In this document: positions 19,265 to 28,500 of the stretch, piece after piece
Numbering within the stretch: the stretch's first letter is position 1
Layout: the number at the start of each line of letters is the position of its first letter
Virus record (IMG/VR): IMGVR_UViG_3300027811_000005
Location: 1-53,071 of that record
DNA: 53,071 nt
Origin: a virus
Taxonomy: Duplodnaviria; Caudoviricetes
Reading direction: 5' to 3' (one strand)
Position numbers and translations under genes: made by a program
The notes under the pieces: generated by a model
Seen by the model: only the letters and a program-made list of their open reading frames with translations
What the model was told of the DNA's origin: nothing
Database searches by the model: none

Positions 19265-20681
19265 CGAGATTGCTCATTACTGGAACGCTATTCTTGCCAC
19301 GCTTGAGCAACGCAGGCTGACGAATGAGCGGACTCGCCAGGGCGGAGTGATCGTGCCGGAAGCTGACGCTTACGTGCTACCCGACCGGGTTGTGTTCGTG
19401 TTGGATATGCAACGTCTGGCGGGAATCTCGCGCGAGACATGGCTCACACCTAATCTCTGGAAGCAGTTCGGGGCAGCGCTCCAGGGACGGAGAACGTTCG
19501 TATCCGACAGCGGCGGGCTGGCGATCACCGTGGCACGTGAACCGAGCGCAACGCTGGGCAAAAAGCTACCGGAGCGGATTCTGTTGTCCGAGGAGCACTT
19601 GCTTGACAAGCCGTACCAGGTGTGCCTGGGTTATACCACCCGTTATCCTGTGACGCTGGATATTGCCGGAGAGCACCGCGCGATTCTGATCGGAGGGACG
19701 AGCGGGGGCGGAAAGACGAACTTGATGCAGTCTATCATTCTGCAACTGGCAGCCAAGCATACGCCGGCGGAGGTTCAATTCGCCATCGTGGACACCAAGT
19801 TGGTTGACTTTGGCGAAGATTACGCCAGCCTACCTAATCTGTTAGCGGACATTGCGCACACGTTGGACGAGGCTGACCGGCTGATCGAGCAAGTGGAGGC
19901 CGAGCGCACACGCCGCCAGATGTTGATGGCGCAGGCGGGCGTGGCGCGATGGGAAAAGTATGCTGACCCTGAACCCTTGCCGTTGCTCGTGTTGATGGTG
20001 GACGAGGCGGCTGATTTCGCTCGCCGACCGGCAATGAGGACGTTGAAAGAGGTCGCCCGCAAGGGACGCGCGTTCGGGATCAGCGTGGTGGTCGGGACGC
20101 AACGGCCCTCGAACGACGTGATTGATGCGCAGGTGAAGGCAAATCTTCCTACGGCGATCTCGTTCCAGACCCGGTCGGACGTTGAGAGCCGGGTCATTCT
20201 TGGAGTGAGCGGCGCGGAGAAACTATGCCGGAGGGGCATGGCGCTGATGTTCGTGGGTGGGCGCTGGGAGACGGTGCAGACACTGCTTGTGGAAGACGGG
20301 GCGGCTCACCGGTTGATTCAAGAGCATGTGCAGGTTGAACACCCCGCGCTATCCGAGATCGAGCAGCAGTTGGTGGCGACAGCGGTGGATGAACTGGGCG
20401 GGGAGTTCAAGATCGTTGGACTGTATGCCAAATATCGAGGCAAGATCAGCAAGCGGGCACTGACAGCACTGGCAAAGCAGTGGGAGGCGCGGGGCTGGCT
20501 ATCGCACCGGGTTGATGCGACGACAGCACGGCGTGTCACCAATGAACTGATGCGTGTCACCAGTCGTGACACCAGTCGTGACACCAATTTGGGGGCCGTA
20601 TCACCGCCTGACACCCGTTTCACCGTATCACCAGATTTGGTGGAGACGGTAGGGGGCGGGACTGATAAGAATGAATTATGA
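19257..20681 (+). CDS. FtsK/SpoIIIE (TraB-like) DNA translocase
   Basis: GGTSGGGKT Walker A, IVDTK, LMVDEAAD Walker B, RKGRAFGI, GTQRP, GAEKL; possible C-terminal wHTH. Confidence 0.9.
   Translation: MSDEIAHYWNAILATLEQRRLTNERTRQGGVIVPEADAYVLPDRVVFVLDMQRLAGISRETWLTPNLWKQFGAALQGRRTFVSDSGGLAITVAREPSATLGKKLPERILLSEEHLLDKPYQVCLGYTTRYPVTLDIAGEHRAILIGGTSGGGKTNLMQSIILQLAAKHTPAEVQFAIVDTKLVDFGEDYASLPNLLADIAHTLDEADRLIEQVEAERTRRQMLMAQAGVARWEKYADPEPLPLLVLMVDEAADFARRPAMRTLKEVARKGRAFGISVVVGTQRPSNDVIDAQVKANLPTAISFQTRSDVESRVILGVSGAEKLCRRGMALMFVGGRWETVQTLLVEDGAAHRLIQEHVQVEHPALSEIEQQLVATAVDELGGEFKIVGLYAKYRGKISKRALTALAKQWEARGWLSHRVDATTARRVTNELMRVTSRDTSRDTNLGAVSPPDTRFTVSPDLVETVGGGTDKNEL
20533..20632 (+). repeat. 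Eight 8-mer direct repeats (GTRWCACC-like), clt/TRS-like
   Basis: GTGTCACC x2, GTGACACC x2, GTATCACC x2, CTGACACC, GTTTCACC at the 3' end of the FtsK gene. Confidence 0.7.
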
Positions 20682-20813
20682 GAGCGGGGGAACCAGAATG
20701 AAAAAAGGCGTACACAAGGTATTCAAGGTAGCTGACCTTTATTGCGGCGCCGCCGTGGATTGTCGCATGGCGCTGGCGTTGTGCGGGGCGGCGATTCGGA
20801 TGACGAGGGGTGC

Positions 20814-21359
20814 ATGATGGAACTGGAAAAAGCGAAAGGCATTGCGGATTACGTGGTCGAGTTGTTTTCGCCTTTCTGCGAGCGAGTTCAGACCGCGGGA
20901 AGTGTGCGGCGCGGGAAGGCTGAGGTGAAGGACATTGAGATCGTGGCAATCCCCCAACCATGCACGGACCTGTTCGGTGCGCCAGCATCAGGCGAAACCG
21001 AACTGGATGGGATGGTGCGCTTTATGGTTGAGCGGGGCGAACTGAGTTTGAGCAAGAATGGGCCGCGCTACAAGCAGGCAACGCTCAAAGCAGGGATCAA
21101 TCTGGACTTGTTTCTGGTGCTTCCGCCGGCGCAATGGGGGGTGATCTTGGCGATACGCACAGGCCCGGCGGATTTCAGTCATTGGCTGGTGACACCGCGC
21201 TGCAAAGGTGGGGCGTTGCCATCGAATTATCAAGTGCGCGACGGTGGAGTGTATCTGGATGGGGGTTTGATTGAGATGCCAGATGAGGCTGACTGGTTCA
21301 ACTTGCTCGGACTGGAATGGATGGAGCCAGGGAAACGTCGGGCGAATTGGCGCAAGTAA
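20814..21359 (+). CDS. Minimal DNA polymerase X (pol beta-like nucleotidyltransferase)
   Basis: AGSVRRGKAEVKDIEIV, LDLFLV, RTGPADFS; lacks lyase and PHP domains. Confidence 0.88.
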   Translation: MMELEKAKGIADYVVELFSPFCERVQTAGSVRRGKAEVKDIEIVAIPQPCTDLFGAPASGETELDGMVRFMVERGELSLSKNGPRYKQATLKAGINLDLFLVLPPAQWGVILAIRTGPADFSHWLVTPRCKGGALPSNYQVRDGGVYLDGGLIEMPDEADWFNLLGLEWMEPGKRRANWRK

Positions 21360-21368
21360 AGCGGGGGG

Positions 21369-22355
21369 ATGGGGATGTTTGCACAAGCACAAAGTCAACC
21401 GCCGAAATTACTGGATAGGGTACGTTCGGCAATTCGGATCAAGCATTATTCGTTGAAAACAGAACATTCGTATGTGCAGTGGGTTAGACGTTTTATCCTG
21501 TTTCATGGCAAGCGGCATCCCAGCGAAATGGGTGCTCAAGAGGTCGAGCAGTTTTTGACTCATCTGGCAGTTGAGCGGCATGTGAGTTCCAGCACCCAGA
21601 ACCAGGCTTTCTCAGCATTGCTGTTTATGTACCATGACGTACTTGGACTGGAGTTGAATAACGTGAACGCTATGCGTGCCAAGCGTTCAGTATACATTCC
21701 AACGGTTTTGACCGTTGTAGAAACGCGCAAAGTATTGAGCAACCTTGATGGTGTCTACAGCCTGATTGGGCAGATTCTCTACGGCGGTGGGTTGCGATTG
21801 ATGGAGTGTCTGCGGTTGCGTGTGAAGGATATTGATTTTGAACGGCGCACTCTCACGCTGAGAGATACGAAATCGTATCGAGATCGTGTGACGTGTTTGC
21901 CCGAAGCTGTCGTTGGGTCACTCAGGCTGCACTTGGCGAAGGTGCGCGCTCAATATGATATTGATTTGGCGAACGGAAGAGCGGATGTTGAGTTGCCCGG
22001 CGCGTTGGCACTCAAGTACCCTAATGCTGGAAAGGAATGGGCTTGGCAATATGTCTTTCCTGCGAGCAAGTTTTCAACTGATCCAAGGTCTGGGGCAGTT
22101 CGCCGTCATCATCTATATGAGACGAGCGTTCAAAAAGCCATCAGCAGGGCGGCAAAAGGGACTGGGATAGCTAAGTTGGTTGGGCCGCACACGCTGCGAC
22201 ATTCGTTTGCAACGCATTTGTTGGAAGCGGGTACTGACATTCGCACGATTCAGGAGTTGCTAGGGCATCGAGATTCGAAAACGACGATGATTTACACACA
22301 TGTTGCAAAGTGCGGCGCTGGGATCGTTTCGCCGCTGGATCGGGTTGGATATTAG
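21369..22355 (+). CDS. intI: Integron integrase
   Basis: [37 protein letters not shown]; IntI-specific insert [26 protein letters not shown]...DPRSG..RRHH; [21 protein letters not shown]. Confidence 0.97.
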   Translation: MGMFAQAQSQPPKLLDRVRSAIRIKHYSLKTEHSYVQWVRRFILFHGKRHPSEMGAQEVEQFLTHLAVERHVSSSTQNQAFSALLFMYHDVLGLELNNVNAMRAKRSVYIPTVLTVVETRKVLSNLDGVYSLIGQILYGGGLRLMECLRLRVKDIDFERRTLTLRDTKSYRDRVTCLPEAVVGSLRLHLAKVRAQYDIDLANGRADVELPGALALKYPNAGKEWAWQYVFPASKFSTDPRSGAVRRHHLYETSVQKAISRAAKGTGIAKLVGPHTLRHSFATHLLEAGTDIRTIQELLGHRDSKTTMIYTHVAKCGAGIVSPLDRVGY

Positions 22356-22368
22356 ATACCCGCAGGGT

Positions 22369-22387
22369 GTCTAATAACGAGTTAGGT
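22369..22387 (+). other. attI-like site
   Basis: GTCTAAT-AACGA-GTTAGGT has the same geometry as the attI1 simple site (TAAA-N5-GTTRRRY); about 14 bp after the intI stop. Confidence 0.75.
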
Positions 22388-22393
22388 GCTTCC

Positions 22394-22615
22394 ATGATAA
22401 TTTGTGAAGTCTGCAAAACGAATCAACGCTACAAAAAGGTGTGGGAAAAATTTGGAAAGCGTGTCATCTGCATGATGTGCGGTCAGCGATACGCCTTTGC
22501 AAAGGACGGCTCTGCAGTTCTAAGAACGCACCTAACTCCCGTTGCAGTTGACGGCGCTGGTAGTACTGACATCGAAGCGAGCGCGGATAGCGACCGCGCC
22601 GCAACTGAACTCTGA
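22394..22615 (+). CDS. Cassette 1: small Zn-ribbon-like protein
   Basis: CEVC...CMMC; reads through attC1. Confidence 0.65.
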   Translation: MIICEVCKTNQRYKKVWEKFGKRVICMMCGQRYAFAKDGSAVLRTHLTPVAVDGAGSTDIEASADSDRAATEL

Positions 22616-22622
22616 GTTGGGC
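22530..22622 (+). other. attC1
   Basis: ACCTAAC...TTGCAGTTG...CAACTGAA...GTTGGGC; GCACCTAAC complements cassette start GTTAGGTGC. Confidence 0.9.
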
Positions 22623-22643
22623 GGACTGCCCAGAAAGGATGAA

Positions 22644-22949
22644 ATGATACACTATAGCGAAACAAAAATTGGTGACATTTTGAAAATCGTTGGGGCTGGC
22701 GCTCCTGGGTATGCTGCCCTGGGTGAACTTGTTCGCGTTGTCGAAGTTCATTCACAATCTGTGTTTGTTGAAAATCGAGACGGCGAGCGCATTGAATTCC
22801 TATTCAATTGCGGTGCGGCCCGTCTTGAGCCAACAGAGTGGACAAAAGATTTTCCCCCATCCGCCCAACTAGTCGTTGCAGTTGACGGCGCTGGTAGCAC
22901 TGACATTGAAGCAAGCGTGGATAGCGACCGCGCCGCAACTGAACTCTGA
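22644..22949 (+). CDS. Cassette 2: hypothetical protein
   Basis: AAGGA RBS; MIHYSETKIGD...; reads through attC2. Confidence 0.7.
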   Translation: MIHYSETKIGDILKIVGAGAPGYAALGELVRVVEVHSQSVFVENRDGERIEFLFNCGAARLEPTEWTKDFPPSAQLVVAVDGAGSTDIEASVDSDRAATEL

Positions 22950-22957
22950 CGTTAGGC
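22863..22957 (+). other. attC2
   Basis: GCCCAAC...GTTAGGC; near-identical to attC1; TCCGCCCAAC complements GTTGGGCGGA. Confidence 0.9.
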
Positions 22958-22971
22958 CGCAAGAGGTAAAC

Positions 22972-23268
22972 ATGGCTTCTTTGAATTTGAATCTCGAACC
23001 AACACAACGCGGATTTGTCCGCGCAGACTTCAATGATTTGTATGGCGCTTGGTGCTCGATTCAGGAAAGCTCACTGGCTACCGATGACGCTATCTGGCTC
23101 GGCCTCGATGAAGGCACTCATCATCATGTCACGGGCGAATGTATGGCACGTATGCACCTCAGCCGCGACCAGGTCGCAGAGTTGATTCCAGTGCTACAGT
23201 ATTTTGTAGAGAATGGTCACTTGCCATCTGGCGAGCGGCCTAACAAGGGCTTGGAGCCGACGCCCTAA
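22972..23268 (+). CDS. Cassette 3: conserved phage-type hypothetical protein
   Basis: GAGG RBS; TQRGF...DLYG..CSIQESSLAT..AIWLG...RMHL. Confidence 0.75.
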   Translation: MASLNLNLEPTQRGFVRADFNDLYGAWCSIQESSLATDDAIWLGLDEGTHHHVTGECMARMHLSRDQVAELIPVLQYFVENGHLPSGERPNKGLEPTP

Positions 23269-23329
23269 GCAGGCTCAATTACAATAACGATTCGCGGTCA
23301 CGGGCGCGACTCAAACCCGACCGTTAGGC
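23238..23329 (+). other. attC3
   Basis: GCCTAACAAGGGCTTGGAGCCGACGCC...GGCGCGACTCAAACCC..GTTAGGC; GCGGCCTAAC complements GTTAGGCCGC. Confidence 0.92.
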
Positions 23330-23354
23330 GGCAGCTTCGCCATAGTAGGTCAAG

Positions 23355-24170
23355 ATGAACATTTTCTTTGTTGGGTTGAATCCGAGATGGCAACAATTCA
23401 AATGGCTACCATACGGCCTAAACGTGATGTATTCTGCCGCAGGATTTTGGAGCGGGAATGGTTGGCGACGCAAGCGATACATCAAACACGCTGGGATACG
23501 CTGGCTTGACTGTGGCGGTTTCACGCTATTGAATCGTTACGGTGATTTTCCGTTCACGGTGGTAGCACTGATGAATCTTGTGGCGTTCCTAAATCCGCAC
23601 TACTACGCCAGCATGGATTACCCATGTGAGCCTGACATCTCGCGTAGGCTGGGGCTGATGAACAATGATGAGAGAATCCGCGCCACAGTCACAAACACGG
23701 TTGCGATGATTGAATGGGAGAGCCAAGTTGGCGGCCAGCTTGTGCCAGTGATCCAGGGCTACACACTGGACGAGTACAGAAAATGCGTTGACCTACATCA
23801 CCAGAAAGGAACTATCCGGGAGTACATGGCTGTTGGCTCAATGTGCCGCCGTATCTCTGACGCAGAGTTGCACAATCTCATACCAGGAATAGCGACCCAC
23901 GCGCGGCAGGCGGGGGTGTGACGGTTGCACTTCTTTGGTTTGAAACTCTCTGAATCGTTACGCGATCTGTCAGAGTTCATCTGGTCACGTGATAGCGCGG
24001 TCGCACTCGATGACTATGATTCAGAGTTACGCGCTGGGCGTGGCGGTCGCCGCTGGCCGGTAGGCCAGTCGGAAAAGCGGCAATCGTTCGATGTGTTTTT
24101 CAACAGACTAAATTGTCTCGGTCTGCGCTACACGCTGCCGTCTAACAAGGGCTTGGAGCCGACGCCCTGA
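23355..24170 (+). pseudogene. Cassette 4: TGT/DpdA-like (deazaguanine transglycosylase-like) gene with in-frame TGA at 23919-23921
   Basis: WLDCGGF, SMDYPCEP, PVIQG, AVGSMCRR, then in frame after the stop RLHFFGLK and SRDS (TGT barrel motifs). Confidence 0.75.
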
Positions 24171-24231
24171 GCAGGCTCAATTACAATGACGACTCGCAGT
24201 CACGGGCGCGGCTCAAGCCCGGACGTTAGAA
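24140..24231 (+). other. attC4
   Basis: GTCTAACAAGGGCTTGGAGCC...GGCTCAAGCCC..GTTAGAA; near-identical to attC3. Confidence 0.92.
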
Positions 24232-24242
24232 GGCGAGGAAAA

Positions 24243-24488
24243 ATGAGCGGTATTATAAAAACTTGGTGTCCAGATTGCAGGCGTGAAGTTCTGAATGTGC
24301 GTCCATATCTGCAAGACGGCGACGAATTCATTTGCGGGCTTTGCAATCAAAGGTTCGTAGTTCGCTTTGAACGCCTTTTAACTCATGTTGCAGTCGATGC
24401 AGCTTACTGCGAGTGCTCTGAGTATGTTCCTGCTTTTCTTATCAGCGGCGCACCGTGCACCAACTGTGGAAAATCACAGCGCGGCTGA
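24243..24488 (+). CDS. Cassette 5: Cys-rich Zn-ribbon protein
   Basis: GAGG RBS; CPDC, CGLC, CEC, CTNC. Confidence 0.7.
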   Translation: MSGIIKTWCPDCRREVLNVRPYLQDGDEFICGLCNQRFVVRFERLLTHVAVDAAYCECSEYVPAFLISGAPCTNCGKSQRG

Positions 24489-24504
24489 ATCGCAGACGTT
24501 AGAC
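24376..24504 (+). other. attC5
   Basis: TTTTAAC...TTGCAGTCG...CGGCTGAA...GTTAGAC; CGCCTTTTAAC vs cassette start GTTAGAAGGCG (one mismatch). Confidence 0.8.
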
Positions 24505-24515
24505 GGAAAGCTAGA

Positions 24516-25430
24516 ATGTCAGAACGCGCGAGGTTCTACAACGATGATAGTCTGCTGGTCATGGCGACATTTGCAGAAGGTTTATTCGATGCGATTGTTA
24601 CCGATCCGCCTTATGAAGTCAATTTGAACAAGACGCGCTGTGCTTGGGACAGATGGCCCGAACCTGAGACATGGAAACAGATGTATCGCGTTATAAAACC
24701 CGGCGGGTTGCTGGCATTTACCATTGCGCCGCATGTGGCACACCTGCGCGTGCCAGATGTCTTTTCCGCCGGTTGGGAATTGCTAGAAGTTGGCTTTTGG
24801 GTGTGGGGCAATGGGCGTCCAGTTCGCCAAGACCGCCTAAAAAGGTGTTTTGACTTGGTGTACTTTTGTGGCAAGGGAATGCGCAGCCTATTCACGAATG
24901 ATGCTCGTATGGCGAATCGAGCGAACGCCATTACTGGTAGGCGCGGAAAGGTGACTGCACGCGCTGGTGGTTTGGGGTCTCAATTTCACGATTGCAAACA
25001 CTCACGCTCCTACGAGTGCGCACAAGACGACTATCATCCTGCGAACGTCGCCTGCTCTCAGGATGATGCGCCATTTGAAAAGACAGGCTACGAGTTACTT
25101 TTCGCGGTCAAGCGATTGCTACCAGTTGGAAAGGCGCACACCAAACACCCAACGAAAAAGCCGCTCGACCTGATAGGGCAAATCATCAAGTTGGTAAGCC
25201 GCGAGGGCGACACAGTTTTTGACCCGTTCATGGGTGACGGTACGACTGGCGAGTCGTCGTTGATTCTCAATCGCTCATTTGTCGGGATAGAGGCAGTGCC
25301 AGAGTATTTTGAGCGCGCAAAGAAGAACATCACCGGTGTCGAGGCGCAATTGCACTTGCCCGCTTTCCGTCTAACAAGCGGTTCCAGCCGACGCGCTTCG
25401 CTTGCCGATGTGCAAGATGAGTTGCTATAG
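24516..25430 (+). CDS. Cassette 6: N6-A/N4-C DNA methyltransferase (beta class)
   Basis: IVTDPPY, HPTKKP, VFDPFMGDGTT, FVGIE. Confidence 0.93.
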   Translation: MSERARFYNDDSLLVMATFAEGLFDAIVTDPPYEVNLNKTRCAWDRWPEPETWKQMYRVIKPGGLLAFTIAPHVAHLRVPDVFSAGWELLEVGFWVWGNGRPVRQDRLKRCFDLVYFCGKGMRSLFTNDARMANRANAITGRRGKVTARAGGLGSQFHDCKHSRSYECAQDDYHPANVACSQDDAPFEKTGYELLFAVKRLLPVGKAHTKHPTKKPLDLIGQIIKLVSREGDTVFDPFMGDGTTGESSLILNRSFVGIEAVPEYFERAKKNITGVEAQLHLPAFRLTSGSSRRASLADVQDELL

Positions 25431-25495
25431 ATTAGTGTCTCGCGGTTCGTCGCGCATGGCCTGTGACGCGCGCGGATGAACCGCAGACATTATAT
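25369..25495 (+). other. attC6 (R' degenerate, ATT instead of GTT)
   Basis: GCTTTCCGTCTAAC is the exact complement of start GTTAGACGGAAAGC; GCGGTTCCAGCCG...CGGATGAACCGC stem. Confidence 0.8.
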
Positions 25496-25598
25496 ACCGT
25501 GTGAGTTAAACGCGGAATTTTCCTAAAGAGGTTAGTACCGATTTTGCCGGTCTGGGGCAGGGTGGGGAGTGACGGGAATTTCTTCATCGGAGTAGACA

Positions 25599-28500
25599 AT
25601 GTCAGTATTTGACGAGATCAAGGACAAACTGAGGATCGAGGATGTGATTGGCGAGACGGTGACGCTCAAGATGAGCGGGCACAGCATGACGGGGTTCTGC
25701 CCGTTTCACGACAATCACAATACGCCGGCGCTGGCTGTGTGGCCCGAGACGCAGACGTGGAAGTGCTTTGCCGGGTGCGGCAGCGGGGACGTGTTCGACT
25801 GGGCAGAAAAGCGCGATGGGATGGACAAGCGCGGGGTGCTCAAGCTGCTGGCGCGCAAGGCGGGGGTGGAATTGACGCTTGCCACGCCGGAGCAATTGAA
25901 GGCGCAGGAGAAGCGAAAGGAAGCGACGCTGGTGGCGCAGGTTGCGGCCGCGTTCTTTCGGAAGCGAATGACGGAGGCGGCTGGCGCGCCTGGCGTGGAA
26001 TATGCCAGGAGCCGTGGCTGGGCCAGCGATACGTTGAAGGGGTTGGGGTATTTTGGGAAGGATTGGGACGGGCTGAAAAAGCACATGGCAGAGGCAGGCG
26101 TTGATCTGGAGTGTTCGGCGGCTGTGGCGCTGGTTGGGTATCGCGGCGATGTGGCGGCGTGGGGGAAGCGTTGGGGCGTGCGTGTGACTGATGAGGAGAT
26201 CAAGGAGGGGAAGATCCACGCGATGCCGCCAGAGATGCTGATGTATTGCCATGTGGAGGGGCGGAGTGTGGTGTATGTGAGCGGGAGGAGATTGCCCTCA
26301 TCCCCAACCCTTCTCCCCCTGGGGGAAGGGGGTATGCCCAAGTCGTGGAATCCGCCGGCGCGGCTGTTTGGGGAGAGGCAGCCATATTTCAATGCGTGTT
26401 TCAAGCATGGCAAGCCGGTGTTGATTGTGGAGGGCCAGGGGGATGCCAAGACGCTGGAAGAGTGGAAGTTGCCGGGGATTGCGTTGGCTGGGTGCGGGAC
26501 TGATAACGCTTTGTTATCGGTGCTGAAAAAGTGCGGGCAGGTGACGGTTGCGCTCGATCACGACCGGGCCGGGGAGTATGCTGCGACGGGGTTGATTCCC
26601 TACGGGACTGAGCCGCAGCCTTTCACGGAGCGGGTGAAGCGAAGCCTGTGCTGGAAGTTGGTCGAGGCCGGATTGCCCGCGACGAAGGTGAAGGTCTTGA
26701 CGTGGCCGCGCGAGGAGGGGAAGGATAAGGCCGATGCGAACGATTGCCTGAAGGCAGGCATGACGGGGGAGCAGGTCGGGGCGCTGGTGAAGGGAGCCGA
26801 ATCATTCCTGGATGTGATGCTGGGGTTCTCTTCCGATGATGGGAAGGACGAGGCAGAGCGGGACGAGGCGCGGATGATGGTGTTCGAGTTGCTGGCCGAT
26901 GTGGATGCGCGCTGGGTGATCGCGCGAAAGAAGCAACTCGCCAAGCAGCTCGATTACGATTCGGATACGTTCGAGCGCATGTTGATGGAGGCTCGGAAGC
27001 GGGCGGGGCAGGATGAGACGGGCCGCCCGATGTATGGCGTGTCCGGAGGACGGATGGTTCACAACAATTTCGACCGGATGGGGAATCCCTACGAGCAGAC
27101 GTTGCTCAACGGGGTGTTGAACATTACGGGCGACCTGGTGCTGGACGACGGGGAGAAACAAATGCGCCGATTCACGATAGAGTTCACGCGGGAGAACGGC
27201 GCCAAGTTCCAGCCGACCGAGGTTGACGTGGAGGATTACGCTCCTTTGAATTGGCTCTATTCTGCCTGGGGCGTGAATGCGATCGTGCCGGCTGGGCAGA
27301 GCGTGAAAGAGCACCTGCGAGTGGCGATGCTAACGCTTTCCAAGAACGTCGAGACGCTGCACCGGTATCAACACACGGGCTACCACAATATTGACGGACG
27401 GATGGTGTATCTGACGACGGTGGGCGCCGTTGGACGGGATGGGGTGCAGGTTGAGATCGAGCGGGCGGCGGACCGGTACCGGCTGCCGAGCAAGCCTGAA
27501 AACGTGGTCGAGGCGGCCAAGGCAAGTTTCAGGAGCCTGGGCGCTGGGAACCTGTACATCACGGTCCCACTGTTTTCAACCATGTACCTCGCGCCGCTCT
27601 CTTCTATTCTGGAGCCTGCGTTTTCAGTGTGGCTGTATGGGACAACTGAAACCTACAAGAGCGCCATCACGGCGCTGATGATGTGTCACTATGGCCGCTT
27701 CCTCTACAACACCCCGCCCGGATCATGGAGCGGGAGCACGGAGGTTGGCTTGCGTGTGATGGCGTTCATGCTCAAGGACATGCCGTTCTGGATTGACGAC
27801 TTTACGGCGCAGGCGACGGAGCGCGGAGACGACAACTTGCACGACCGGGCCGGGCGGGTGTTGCGGGATTGGGCCAACCGGACCGGCGGGCTGAAGGGGA
27901 CGGCGGAGGGGGGATTACGCAAGGTTCACAAGCCGCGCGGGATCGTGGTCAACAGCGCAGAGATCTTGCCGTCCGTGCGCTCGATCCGGTCAAGGCTACT
28001 GATGCTGGAAATGCAAAAGGGGTTTGTGAACCTGGACGACATTTTGGAGCGGTACAAGAACAGCGAGGTTGATCTATATCCTCACGCGATGGCAGCATAC
28101 GTACTCTGGGTAGGGGATCACTATGCCGAGTTGGAGAAAAGCCTCCCGCTTCGGCGCGATCAACTGGTGGCAGAGTGCAGAAACCAGAAAGGGGACTCGC
28201 GCGAATACAACCACGTGGCTACGGAGATGGTGGCCTTTGAACTGGCGACGCGATGGATGAATGAGATCGGGGCGATTGATACCATTGAAGCGAGCGCGAT
28301 GGTGAAATTCGCGTTCGATATGATGATGGCGGCAGCAGACGAGCAGACGGTTGACACACAGGTGGACGAGAACCCGGTCAACAAGTTTATGAATGAGCTG
28401 GAGCAGATGCTGGCGGATGGGACGGCGTTCGTCCGCCACGCAGATACTCCGAATGAAGAGACTCGCTCATTGCCGGAATCGGGACAACGGTCAGTGAATG

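Larger units (their letters stand above)
22381..25495 (+). mobile_element. Integron cassette array (6 cassettes)
   Basis: Each cassette begins with a GTTRRR core and ends with an attC whose R'' is complementary to that cassette's own start. Confidence 0.92.

Noticed and set aside
17437-20681. Type IV secretion/relaxase-based conjugation
   Set aside because: No VirB4-like or relaxase gene recognised
23919-23921. Selenocysteine or genome-wide TGA recoding
   Set aside because: TGA ends many other genes normally, and the position is not an evident catalytic Cys
22530-24231. Repeated ~90-bp units as a CRISPR array
   Set aside because: The units have attC boxes and separate whole ORFs; no cas genes and no regular spacers
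24516-25430. Restriction-modification system
   Set aside because: No cognate endonuclease recognised; treated as an orphan methyltransferase
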